Positions 13,421-25,699 of a stretch of 40,260 bases of DNA are shown here, piece by piece. The notes below the pieces were generated by a model that saw only the letters and a program-made list of their open reading frames with translations, did no database searches and was not told the origin of the DNA. Source of the stretch: Nemertoderma westbladi (lineage: Eukaryota; Animalia; Xenacoelomorpha); NCBI GenBank assembly GCA_032718475.1, contig JAUCBJ010000747.1, forward strand, positions 1 to 40,260. The letters run 5' to 3'. Position numbers and translations under genes: made by a program. The stretch's first letter is position 1. Each line of letters begins with the position of its first letter.

Positions 13421-13584
13421 GAATTTGCGTTGGCGAATTAAAGCGGGATAATCAAAGTAAATTATGCTCTATATGTATACTACAAATACATTATTGCGTT
13501 TTTCCTTTCTCTCTGCGTTTTTCCTCACTCTCTGGTCATTTTTCCGCGCAATTCTTCCCCCCCCCCCCTTGTTTACTTTACCCC

Positions 13585-13655
13585 AGCCCTAGCCAAGTTG
13601 GAAGAACGTGGGACTTGGAATCTCTAGGTAACGAGTTCAATCCCCCATTCCGGTG
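13585..13655 (+). other. tRNA-derived SINE head or tRNA pseudogene
   Basis: A-box-like TAGCCAAGTTGG and B-box-like GAGTTCAATCC at tRNA-like spacing. No convincing acceptor stem. Confidence 0.45.
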
Positions 13656-14737
13656 AATGATTTTTTGTTGTAAGATTGTTAATAAGCCATTCAAGGAGAC
13701 AGTTCATGCGATAGTAGACGCGGACCTTTCAATTGCTTTCAATAATTAGCCATAAGCCTTTAAAAAAAACCGTCTCCGTCTATATTGCACCAGCAGTATT
13801 GCAGTTATTCTTCTACATACCTTATAACTTTTAGTTGGTGGTACTGCTATGCTACTGTAGAAAGCCGGTCGTGCAAGGATTCCGAATATGTAACACAATC
13901 TGAATTTCGTTGAAAAATAGAAGAGGCGGGCATTCAAAAGTTGCATGGCTTTGCATTAGCGCAAGGCTATTTTATTCTATTTAATAAATACATCATATTC
14001 TTAAAACAAATACAAACTCTTCATAAATAATAATATAATATATCGACCGAAAAGTGAGTACCGTCGGTTGTCTGCTGCGTTTTTCGGCTGTCTACTGACA
14101 GTTGTCTGCTGTCGACGTAACGTTTACACCCCAAAGTTTGGTCTAATTTCATCAATATATGACTGAGTTATTAGCGATCAAATACAGTATTAGACAATGA
14201 CAGACAACTCGTCAAAGGTACCCATAATATGTTAAGACTTCGCTCACTTTGTGCCTCGCCCCACATTATTGCATCCACATCTTGGTTGGAAATACTTAGT
14301 TGCACTTTGTTATCACTAATTGTCCCGAAATTACTGTTAGATAAGTGTAAGAGACCATTTCGACTATTAAATTCGTAAAGGTCCCGTACTTTACCTATCA
14401 ATGTTCCATAATTTACCACGCAAACCATGCTCTACAAAATTAGCAATATAGCAATTCGTCTGATATTTAAATTGTTATTTAAGCATAATAAAACATCTTT
14501 ATCATAAACATCAACTCAATACCGTAGCTGCGCACAATTCGCTAAAGTTTAGAATTGAAATCACAATTTATTAAAACTAGTTGAGTTCGTACGAATCCGT
14601 ACTTTACCTTAATTAGACAAGCTAGTGTTTTCTCATAACTGACTTGAGTCCCGCCATAATCTTAGCGAATTTAAAGCTGACTTATAGCTGATTTAAAGAA
14701 CATTCGAAAGTTCAATTCACTCCAAGCACAATTTTGT

Positions 14738-14953
14738 GGGTCAGAGTAAATCGCGGATCCGGATTCTACATTTAACATTGTCCCTACGGAAGTCGATTTT
14801 TTTTACATTTTTATAACTCCCAAAAATAAAACTATAACCTGTTCCATTGACTTTAGTTTATTGTTTTGGTTAAAATAATAACGTGCCACTGTAACCTGCT
14901 CCTTTCCCTTAATTGATAATTTTGGAATCCGGATCCGCGTTTTACACCTACCC
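14738..14953. mobile_element. 216-bp MULE-like MITE
   Basis: Inverted termini gggtcagagtaaatcgcggatccggattc / gaatccggatccgcgttttacacctaccc. 9-bp TSD caattttgt / caatgttgt (one mismatch). Confidence 0.75.
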
Positions 14954-15100
14954 CAATGTTGTGCACATATGTGAAGAGGATAACATTGTACAGGCTATAA
15001 AAGTTTAAAATTGTGTACGACTCTCCCGTACTTTACTTTGGAATAAGTCAGTTACGATATTTAAAATTTATTTAAATTTTACGATATATGGTTAGGGTTA

Positions 15101-16733
15101 CTACTACTAGGATCGGCATGCTGCATAGCAGCTGCATTTTTAAGAATGCTGTGCCGACTTGTCAACAAAATTGCACCGCCACAACTCCCTATCACCCATG
15201 ACATTTGCTAGATCATCCGCATCTTTAAGGCCAGTGTCCTTTAAGATGCGTCTCAAGAAAGTCATGGGCTGTCCACCATGCTTATTCACTCCATGAGGCT
15301 GCCAAAGTACAAGATTATGCACTGGCTGGTCCTCACGGCGAAAGCAATGTCCTGCAAAGCGGAGGCGATTTTGTTCTAGTGTCAAGCTTGAGGGAACCAA
15401 TGAGACACCTCCAATGTTATATAGTGTCTGGTTGGAGATGTGTGCATTGTACTTGACACAATGTACCCGGCGTAGCATTCTTGTGAATGTGCCATCCAGA
15501 GATTTGGTGTCCTCAGCAGTTAGAGCCCAGCATGGACTCCCGTAGAGGAGTACTGGAACTACTGCTGCTCTAAATAATCGAACCTTAAGTTTCCGATTAA
15601 TTATAGGTGACTTCCAAATCCTGGAAAGCCTATTCAAGGCTGCCCATGCCTTTCCCTTACGTATTCGAAGGTCCTCACCTGACTTCCGGATCCATGATCC
15701 CAGGTAACAGAAGTCGTCCACATGCTCAAGCATACCATCCTTTGAGCTTATGCTCATCCGATCAGAGACTTGCTGAGGACTTTCAAAGTTAACTGTCAGA
15801 ATTTTGGTCTTTCTGGAGTTAATAAAAAGACCAACACTAGAAGCAGCATGTTGTAATGAGCTGAGGAGCCGTTGGGCTCCCTCTAATGATTCTGAGAGTA
15901 CTCCTAAGTCATCAGCAAAGTCTAGATCAGTTAGGTACTTGGCAGGATTTCCTCGACTTCTGGAGCCAGTAGGTGGAGTTATCATCACCCCATCATCATT
16001 ATGATGATCTAAGGACATGCGTAGAACATAGTCAACCACAATAATGAACAAGAATGGTGCAAGTGTGTCTCCTTGGAGGACGCCCCATAACACTTCAAAT
16101 GGTTCTGTGTCACCGTCAACAGTAGACACAAATGTTGTCGAACCATCGTATACTGATCTGATTGCTGCAATAATTTCATCAGGAATCCCATATAATGAAA
16201 GTATGCTGAACATACGTGAGCGAGAGACTGAATCAAAGGCCTTGAAGAAGTCAACAAAGATAACAGCCAGATGCCTGTCTTTCTTTTTTGATAACTCTTC
16301 AATTATCCTTCTAAGTGCCAAAATGGGCTCCATGGTCCCACGACCTTTACGGAACCCATTCTGATTTCCACGTAGCAGTCTCTCAATGGGATCCCTGATG
16401 CGATTTAATAGAATTCTATTGTATAGTTTTGCAGCAATCGAGATCAATGAGATTCCCCGAAAAGAACCATAGAGTGTTAGGTTGCCCTTCTTGGGAACTG
16501 GCACCAACTTATTTGTTTTCATTTCTTGTGGGACTCTTGTTGTACGGTACATGTCTACTATGATGGGATAGATGAGCTTTAAACACTCAGGTATTTTAAA
16601 TACCTCAGGGGGAACACCGTCTACTCCACTGGCACGATTGGTCTTAATGCTCTTTGCAGCAGCCTTCACTTCTGCAAAGGAGATATCGCCAATGGGAATA
16701 TCTGGGAGTACAGACTCAGACACTTTTACTTTT
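15101..16733 (-). mobile_element. 5'-truncated RTE-like LINE (copy 3) with an uninterrupted RT ORF (15140-16747)
   Basis: RT motifs NQNGFRKGR, FVDFFKAFDS, GVLQGDTLAP, DFADD, YLGS. Very short 3' UTR, (TAG)3 tail, and 9-bp TSD TTAGGGTTA at 15092-15100 and 16734-16742. The endonuclease domain is absent. Confidence 0.92.
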
Positions 16734-17230
16734 TTAGGGTTAACCATAGGTACGTTAGTCGAAGAAATATGGAAATATATAAACGATATGGGGTTACGAG
16801 ACCATTTATGGACAAAATATTGAGAAAAACAATTAAACGATGAAAAATTTAGAGTGGGAATGAGTGGGAATCGTTTGAAAGGAGTGAGGGGGTATCTGAC
16901 TCGACAATCCTACTAATTTATAACTTTCACTTTGGTTCATTGATTGATTTGGTTTATGTTGCATTACAATCAGTATCCCTGAAAACATTAATAACCTGAT
17001 AATCAATGTATTAGAACCACTTGAACCACTCAAATTTTTGAAAAGTGATGCCTCTGTTCTAGGGGATGTCGGTGAAATAAACCTAGTAATGACTGTAGTC
17101 AATCAAAAATTAACAATCAGAATCACATATTTATTTTATCATTAATTCATTCTAAAATAAACATTTTTCCAATAATGATTAGATACAAATATAGTTCAGT
17201 ACAAATACAACAATTTTGTTACGGGTAACT

Positions 17231-18823
17231 TTAAGATTTATGAACAGAATTGACATGGGTGATTAGACTGCTTTGTCGACTGAATTCTTTATGACAATAA
17301 CCGCACTTATGTTTGATATCTTTATGTATAGAGTCGACATGTTGTTTTAGTACGTTTTTGTAACTGAATTCTTTATTACAATAACCGCATTTATGTTTTA
17401 TATCCTTGTGAGCGGATTCGATATGTTTTTTTAGTTCGACTTTTCTAGCAAATGATTTTCCACAATCAAAACAGTTGTACTTGATATCTTTATGAAAGTA
17501 GTTAACGTGGGTGTTTAGGTAGCCTCGCAGACTGAATTCTTTATGACAATATCCACACTTATGTTTGATATCTTTATGTATAGAGTCGACATGTTGTTTT
17601 AGTTCGGCTTTTCTAGCAAATGATTTTCCACAATCAAAACAGTTGTACTTGATATCTTTATGTATAGAGTCGACATGTTGATTTAGTACGTGTTTGTAAC
17701 TGAATTCTTTATTACAATAACCGCACTTGTGTTTGATATCTTTATGTATAGAGTCGACATGCCGTTTCAGTTCGGGTTTTTTAGCAAATGATTTTCCACA
17801 ATGAAAACAGTTGTACTTGATATCTTTATGAAAGTAGTTCACATGGGTGTTTAGACTCCTTTGCTGGCTGAATTCTTTATTACAATAACTGCACTTGTGT
17901 TTGATATCTTTATGTACAGAATCGACATGCCGTTTCAGTTCGGGTTTTGTAGCAAATGATTTTCCACAATGAAAACAGTTGTACTTGATATCTTTATGTA
18001 TAGAGTCGACATGTTGATTTAGTACGTGTTTGTAACTGAATTCTTTATTACAATAACCGCACTTGTGTTTGATATCTTTATGTACAGAATCGACATGCCG
18101 TTTCAGTTCGGATTTTTTAGCAAATGATTTTCCACAATCAGAGCAGCTATACTTGATGATACCTTTGTGGGCAAAGTTAACGTGGGTGTTTAGAGTCATT
18201 TGCAGGCTGAATTCTTTATTACAATAACCGCAGTTATGTTTGATACCTTTATGGGTAGCGTCAACATGGTACTTTACATTATTTTTGCGTGTAAACAATT
18301 TCTCACAATAATCGCATTTATACTTATTCTTTACATCTTTATGAACGGATTCTATATGTCTCTCTAAATTCCCTTTGTCATTAAATAATTCATTGCAATG
18401 CAAACAGGAACTGGTATCTGAAGAAGATACCAACTCCCCAACAGTTTCATTAGAACTACCGGAATCTGTTGTTGCACAACTGAGTGTCGGTTCTGTACCT
18501 TCAGTTCCAATAGGCCTACCATAAGAACAGTCTGGGCTGTCATTTTCCCGTTTTTCAACAATAAAAGAATCTCCAGATGGTCCATAAGAAATATCTTCGT
18601 CATCTAGTACAGGGACAACATTTACTCTACCGAACAAATTGTTATGATCTTCGATGGGAGATGATCCGTAAACGCAGTTTTCTTGTTTAACATCAAGAGA
18701 ATAGAGGGTGGAGTCTGTTGGTTCTCTCTTTATAATTATACAGTCTGTTTGTTCTCTCTTTATAACTATATCGGCGCCAGATGATTTATCTTTCAATAAA
18801 TTAATATGTTGATCCATTATCAA
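17231..18823 (-). CDS. C2H2 zinc-finger array protein, paralog B (14 fingers, intact)
   Basis: 530-aa open ORF with an N-terminus closely similar to paralog A and 14 C-x2-C-x12-H-x4-H fingers. AATAAA lies on the minus strand at 17130-17135, downstream of the stop. Confidence 0.92.
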   Translation of the reverse strand: MIMDQHINLLKDKSSGADIVIKREQTDCIIIKREPTDSTLYSLDVKQENCVYGSSPIEDHNNLFGRVNVVPVLDDEDISYGPSGDSFIVEKRENDSPDCSYGRPIGTEGTEPTLSCATTDSGSSNETVGELVSSSDTSSCLHCNELFNDKGNLERHIESVHKDVKNKYKCDYCEKLFTRKNNVKYHVDATHKGIKHNCGYCNKEFSLQMTLNTHVNFAHKGIIKYSCSDCGKSFAKKSELKRHVDSVHKDIKHKCGYCNKEFSYKHVLNQHVDSIHKDIKYNCFHCGKSFATKPELKRHVDSVHKDIKHKCSYCNKEFSQQRSLNTHVNYFHKDIKYNCFHCGKSFAKKPELKRHVDSIHKDIKHKCGYCNKEFSYKHVLNQHVDSIHKDIKYNCFDCGKSFARKAELKQHVDSIHKDIKHKCGYCHKEFSLRGYLNTHVNYFHKDIKYNCFDCGKSFARKVELKKHIESAHKDIKHKCGYCNKEFSYKNVLKQHVDSIHKDIKHKCGYCHKEFSRQSSLITHVNSVHKS

Positions 18824-19401
18824 ATCTTCATTAAATATTAATCAATAAATAAAATCTAGGTGGCAGTAGTTTAAGGTATGTCAAGCTCGTCTCTATTATA
18901 AATTAATAAGTGAATTGTTGTGGCCTATTATAGGAGTGTTATATGGGTGGGGTCTATTATAAATTTCAAGCGAATCAATTATAATAAATGATGAGGTTGC
19001 TGTATCAGCAAGTGCAAGGAGAGGAGCACGTTATAGTCACAGTAACAAAACAAGGAAATGGATCCAAAAAAAATTAACAATACATCAATTTGAAGTACTG
19101 GCCTATCGTTGTAGTTTGAATCAGGGTTGGAACTGACCACCAAACGTAATTGGATCATTTGGTAAAATGGGATTATTTATTGAGGACGTAATTAAGAGAT
19201 GTATTGCAAATTGAAAGAATTTAACACAAGGCACAAACGGCTAAGATAACAATTCAAACATAATACGGTAAAAATATACTGCCTTCTTAACAACAGACCT
19301 GATGTTTAAACGACCGTGACACAGATTTACACAAAATCACAAAATTCATTTAAGAAAGTAAGTAGGCCTAGGTAAAAAGCTCGGTATCTGAGTGGTGATC
19401 C

Positions 19402-20150
19402 GGCTCTCTTACAGTTTGCCGTGCCACCTATTGCTATAATGGCACGGTAACGTGTAATAGGACTGAGGAGCTCTCTTACAGTTTGCCGAGCGACCTATAT
19501 ATTCAATATAATTCAAAAAAATATAATTGTTATAATTATATAATTATAATATATATTTACGCAAGTGATACCGTAATTTACTCTACGTACAATTGGATTT
19601 TGTTACGTCTTTTGTAGCTATGTTTTTATTGTTTGTTACTAAACCGGGTACACACTACACTTCCTTCACTTCCTTCTAGTTTCCCTAATTATGATATGAT
19701 AGATTAAAAATTATCATTTAATTATATCAAAAAATTGCAAAATGGGAAGCTAGCTAGTTTTTGTTTCTTCTTTTAAATGTTCTAGAACATTATCAATCCA
19801 TTTAATATAAAAATGTTGTTCTAGAATAAATATTTTTTGTTCTAGAACAAAAAATACAGAGCACTAGGTAATTTGTTAATTTTTGATTGTATTTTATCTT
19901 TGTATAAATTTTTTATACTAGCTATTTTTTGTTTCTTTTTTTTAATGTTCTAGAACATATTATCCATACATTTAAAATACAAATTTTGTTCTAGAACAAA
20001 TATTTTTTTGTTCTAGAACAAATATTTTTTGTTCTAGAACAAATATTTTTTGTTCTAGAACAAATATTTTTTGTTCTAGAACAAATATTTTAAGATCATT
20101 TTATTATATCAAAATATGGCTATAATGGCACGGTAAAGTGTAAGAGTCCC
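19402..20150. mobile_element. MITE upstream of paralog B, with internal palindromic tandem repeats
   Basis: Imperfect inverted termini ggctctcttacagtttgccgtgcca / tggcacggtaaagtgtaagagtccc. Flanks ggtgatcc / gttgatcc. Internal (ttgttctagaacaaatattttt)n at ~19985-20090. Confidence 0.65.
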
Positions 20151-20432
20151 GTTGATCCTACCTATAGGCCCACCACTGTTGAGATTTGTAACACCGAGCG
20201 ACTGGTGTAAAAACATGCAAGTTTAGAATATGAACATCTCGGAAATTTCTTTATAGAGTTCAATAATATTACTCACAAAAGGCATACCAGAGGTTGGTTA
20301 TCACCAAAGTTGAGGATATGAGGCGCTCGCACCACATAACAGTCAGGGAGATCATCAAATTTGAGAATACCTCAAATTTCAAATTATAGACCCAATTTTG
20401 GAATTACCTCAAATTTAATACAAGGTTAGGTT

Positions 20433-23400
20433 TTTATTTTTTTAAATTAAATCAGAAAATATTATTATTATATAAAGAAATATGTACTCGAAAATGAACA
20501 GGAAATGCACTTAACAATAAATTGACAATACTAGCTAAAAGTAATCTGTACATAATATTACAATAATAAGAATAATGGGACATTTTATATAACCTAAATA
20601 AGTTTGTGTAGGGGTGGCGAGCAAGAAGGGCCTGCAGATGATAATGCTACTCTAAAAAAACAAATTAAGAAGACAACAATACTAATTTTGATAAAATGTG
20701 ATACCGGTATGAGCTAAAATGTGATAAAAAAAAGGGAAAGGAATAATAAAAGGCATCTATTCGTCGTGCAGGAGGTAATCGCTATTAAAGTAGGAAAATC
20801 TCGTCTAGGTTTCTGTTACAGGGGAAGGTGCCGAGGACTGCGGTGGCATTTCCTCTTACCACTGCCATGGATAGGCGTTGGTGGAGGAAAGCTGTGGACC
20901 GGGGTTCACCAGTGGTATGGGCGATCCTCCTCCCTATCTCACGAATGGTGCTGGTTGCTTCGGCACCAATGGGTCCGAGGGTCTCTGTAGCTATAGTCAC
21001 AAAGTGGTAGTCATGGCATAGGTCAGCGTATTTGTGTGCCTTTACACGCTCTGCTGCGGTTGCTGCTGCTCCGGCTGTCTGGGACGTCGTGCGGAGGTAG
21101 GATGTCGCTAGGGTATCCCTACATGTATAGTCCCAAACAAGCATCCTGCCTTTTGACCATGGTGACAGAGTCATTCCATCAGGTTTTTTCCCATCTCTCG
21201 TCATGCCTCTTGGTTCTAGGGTGGATGGTATACCGGCTGAGTTAAGGGCGCGGTGGATGATGTCGTTCGCTTCAGCGTGGCGGGTGTATTTGCCATAGTT
21301 GTGGATGCAGCTTAGTCCGTGTACACCTGAGGTGTTTACTTGAGTACCGCAGCTCCTACATTCATGCTCAGTGCAAATTGTAGTGCCTAGGCGGAGAGCT
21401 ACGCCAATTCGTAGTTGGTCATCCTCGAGGCGGAGTCCCAGTGAAGATATTGGAAGGGCGTTTAGCCAGTCCCCAGAGTGATCTGCCCTGGCGGCTAACA
21501 GACGAGCCTTGCTGAGGGGGGTGCCAGCGGCTACTAGTAGTTCTTCAAACCGGATAACGCTCATGGGGTGGTCCCACGCTTTCTGTATAGAAGGGTTGGG
21601 TGGTGGGGTGGGCTTGTTCCTGGGGGGAGATGTGTCATAGCCAGGGTTATTGCTGGATCTGTATTACCTTCAAAATGAGGAGCCGGAGGATTGCTCGGAG
21701 TAGGGGAGTGCATCCGAAGACTGATGCCAAAAAGGCAGGTACTGAAACGTCCCGCGTACTCCTAATGCCCAGCCCCCCGAGTGATACTGGGAGGGAAGCT
21801 TGTTTCCATGCAGTGTCGTCTAGTTTAGAGTTGGTCGCCACCTCGAGGGCTTGACGGATTGTGGTGTCGAGTTGTCGGAGGGTTGGTGAGATGAAGCATG
21901 GCGAGCACCTGAGAATATGCATCAGTTTGGGGATTGCGAAGCAGTGTCTAAGTAAGAAGAGGGCATCGTGGGAGGAGAGTAGGTGTAGTCGTTGTGTGAA
22001 TCGCGTGAGGTCAGTTATCTTCTCCTGGACGGTGGTTTCAAGTGCTGATTCTCCTAGGGGTGCCCCCAGTAGGGTCGAATTGTCAAACTCCACTGGTTTA
22101 ATGCCTGGCGTTATCTTGTCAAAGATTGCGGTGGTTGTTGTCTTAAGGTCCTCTGGGAAGCTGGGAGCGAAAATCAGTTCACACTTAGTTGGCTTGATTG
22201 TGAGCCCTAGCTTGGCTGCCTGTGCGATGACTTGGTGTAGGCCTGCGGCTACTTTGGAAGCATTCCCTCCGAGTGTTCCGTCATCTAGGTACCAGATATT
22301 TATGGGGGTTGTTATGTTTGTCACAACCTCATGGATGTCATTGCTAAAGAGGAGAGATGCCAGGGGATCACCTTGTTGCACACCATCATCTGAGGGGATA
22401 ATTGTGTCCCGGTAGAACAGGTGAGATGGCTGCTCATAAGCCTGGTAAGCTAGGTTATACAGGGGCGGGAGGTTGTTTAGAATAGACTTGAGGACATGGC
22501 TGCGATGTATGCTATTAAAGGCATTTGCGAAATCAACCTTTACCAAGACATTGGCTTCCTGTGATTCCTGGAGGAATCGCCTAGCGCTATGTACTGCTGC
22601 CTCAGCTCCTCTGGCTGTACCACTGCCGAGTTGATGTGGTGCTAGTTGGAGTCCTGAGTTCTGCATTGCTATCCTGCAGCATGTCTTTGCAGTGAGCCTG
22701 CGTATGGTGCACCCCACTGCAATCGGTCTGACTCCGCTGGTGAGCTTGGAGAAAGCACATAGTTTGGCTCCATAAACGAAGGGTAGCACTCCTTGGGGGA
22801 CAACACCTTTCACCATCAAGTTGGCAACTGAGGTTACTCCTTTCAGGAGGTCTGTTGCTGTATCACCCACGGAGAAGGAGCAGAGGTCTTTCAGATGTTG
22901 AGGTCTGAGATTATCTGGACCTGCCGCGGAGCCTTCGGGAAAGGCTTTAATTGACTTACGGATGTCGGTGTAAGAGAGCTCAAGGATTGGGGCTTTGGCA
23001 TCAGCTATTGATGTTACCCCAATATGATCTTCAGGTGGTCGGGTCGGGTGTAGGGCAATGAGTGCATCTAACGTTGCCTGGTTGGCTGGTGCTATGGTGG
23101 CTGATGAAGATGCCAGGCGGGCTGCTGCCTTGATATTACCTTCCTCTATTTTTGAGGAGATGAGTAACCCCAAAAAGTCTTCTTGTCGATCTGTGTGTTT
23201 TTGTTTGGTGGGTTTAGGTTTGTTATGATGTTGCTGTTGTTCAGGTACTGGGAGAGCTAGAGGCTCCTGTGATTCACATAGCTCCATGAATTCGTGCAGC
23301 TGGTCCTTGACTTTACTTGTCAGGGATTTCTCCAATAAACCGGGGTTTCCCTTTCTCCGTTTGTGTACTTGGGGGGGGGGATCCTCAGGCTATAAGGGAA

Positions 23401-24092
23401 GGCTAGAAGGTTTAGCCACTCATGCATGGAGTTATGTTTGACTACTGCTTTGCATAGCTTGGTGTAACATGTTGAGGCCAGTTGTCTTGCTCCCCGGGGG
23501 ATGCGTGTAAGTGTCCTAGTGAGGAGAAGAACTTTAAATACTTTTAAGTAGTCATTGGTGGATGTATTGCTGGCAGATTCCGCTTCAGTTAGTGGATGGT
23601 GGGGTGCTGGTGCTGGTGTAAAGATGGTTTGTATAGGTTGAGGTTCCGCTATGGTGCCTGAGCCTGGACAGACGCGACCATTTGTGGCATTATGCTTGCG
23701 GAGTCTCCCATTGCTGGTGACAGAATATGTTTTCTTGCATGATGGACAGGTGGATCGGGATGTTGAGATAATAGAGGATGTCTGTGACTGTTGTTGTGAT
23801 GGTTGTTGTTGTGAGGGAGATGACAATGATTGTGGGGGTAATTGTTGTTTATTTGTGATTTGTGGGGACTGTGGTAGGGGGGTTGGTGAGGATGGGGTTG
23901 GTGAGGGGGGGGCCTGGGTAGATTGTGGGTGTTGACTGTCATTGGTGGTGTTTTCGTCAGGTGGTGTAATTGATTGAATAATGTCGCTGTGGTCTGCTGG
24001 GTGGTGGATTGGATTTGTCCCCATGGGGCTGGGGCTGGGGAGGTCATTGCCCTGGCAAGGGTTGGAGTGAATGGGGAGATTGGGATGGATAT
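20433..24092 (-). mobile_element. CRE-clade non-LTR retrotransposon (Zn finger, RT, restriction-like endonuclease), probably 5'-truncated
   Basis: Three ORF pieces in colinear order. N-terminal CPSC...H...CPGS finger. RT with RPIAVG, PHQLGSG..GAEAAVH, VDFANAFNS, GVQQGDPL, YLDD. C-terminal CRSC...H...C, RH and KPDG...WD endonuclease motifs. A-rich 3' tail; flanked by (AGGTT)n on both sides. Confidence 0.9.
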
Positions 24093-25699
24093 GTTAGGTT
24101 AGGTTAATTCTCTAAATTCGAGTTTACCCCAAATTTGAATTTCATAGCAGCAGTCAGATACAGACAGAAGTCATAGTTGGCCTAGTTCAGTAGTTGTTAG
24201 CTTGTTACTGTATTGCAAAGGTAAAAAAATAAACTGATGTATGTCTAGTGTCTGAGTGTTGTGAAATATAACATTTAAAACATATTCAGTATTTGTTTAA
24301 AAAGGCTTATACTTAAAAAGGCTACTGGTAGGGGTGCAGTGGGGTGGTATGATCAGATGGTAGACATATAAAACGAAGTACAGAGCTTAAAGAACTTATA
24401 TTTTTATATTGTTACCGGTACTTTTTTTGCTTGAATATGCCCTAAAATCGGGAGAAAAAGTAGTAGGCCTACTTTTTTTCCCTACTGGTAGGGAAAAAGA
24501 GGGAAAAAGTTGTCCCCATACCGGTTGTTAAGACGAACGGCCGCCCAAAGTAGACTCCACGGGGAAATTAGTTTTTTAGCCTGATATTCATACTTTTTAT
24601 TTAATGCATTATTTTCAACATGTGATTTGCTTTGTGTCTTATCTATTTATTCGGTGTACTATTTTTAGCTTGTAATCTATCTATGTAATCTGACTATTCG
24701 GTGTGTTATTTCGGCTCAGAATTTATCCTATGTAATCTACCTATTCGATGCGATGTATTATTTCGGCATATAATTTATTTATGTCTTTAATTATTTATTT
24801 AGTGCATTATTTCTCGGCATATAATCTGTAATGTTGATCCATTTTTTGGGTGATTATTTTCGGCTTAGGACTTGTTCTATATTGATTTTGTTGGTGTGCG
24901 TACCTGTATATTGGCTGTGACGACATCCATTGGGTTGTAATTTTTATTGCCATTATATTGGATATGTAATCACGATTAGCCTCCGTAAAGTTGTAGGATA
25001 ACATGTGGCCATTATTTCTCTTGTAAGTTTGATTGGAGGATTCCTTTCGGGAGAGGGGGGGTGTATTCAAGGCTTGGCTTTGTGATATTATTACTTTGAA
25101 TGTTGTAGCTAATAATAGCCTATGTTAGGATGGTTGAAGTTGTGTTACTCCATTGTCGCAAAGGTCAAACTGATTATAGCTCGTTTGCTTGTTTGCCTGT
25201 TGAAGTAATGTGCAGTTTGTTCGGTAATCCATTAACACCTTTTATATTGGTTGAATTTCGGTGTATATAAACTATAGTTCTGGGATTCATTCTTCAGTAG
25301 CCTACGAACCCCCAGCCAACTGTCATGCCATTTAATTAAATGTTTTTTGGTCCCGGCCGGACCGGTAATTTTATTATTATCATTAATGCAATATCCGCAT
25401 GAATTTTTACTGTCTGATTGAAATTGAATAAAAATTAAACCTCTGCACTGAATTATTTAACTGTTTTTTACGTTTTCGTCATGGTGAAAATGAATCACGG
25501 GCTCCCCAATCTCTAGACCAAGGAAGGAAACCATCCGGATAACCCCCCCCCCCCCCCCCCCCCCCCTACCCCTCTCGTATAGGCCTATTCTTTAAAAAAG
25601 GGCAAGCACATACCAGGCTACTGCACTCCCCACACACTCCACGAACCTTATAGGGAATCGAAGGCAACCACACGCTGGCCTGGTAGATAGTCTGCAAAA

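Noticed and set aside
13585-13655. Functional tRNA gene
   Set aside because: A and B boxes are present, but the acceptor and T stems do not pair properly. Kept only as SINE-like.
698-18823. Naming the zinc-finger genes (e.g. PRDM9) or calling them viral
   Set aside because: No SET or KRAB domain and no viral hallmark genes are visible. The resemblance to PRDM9 is in repeat pattern only.
15140-23335. RT genes near repeat arrays as a retron, DGR or group II intron system
   Set aside because: The RTs have LINE/CRE motifs, tails and TSDs. There is no template/variable repeat pair with adenine-specific changes.
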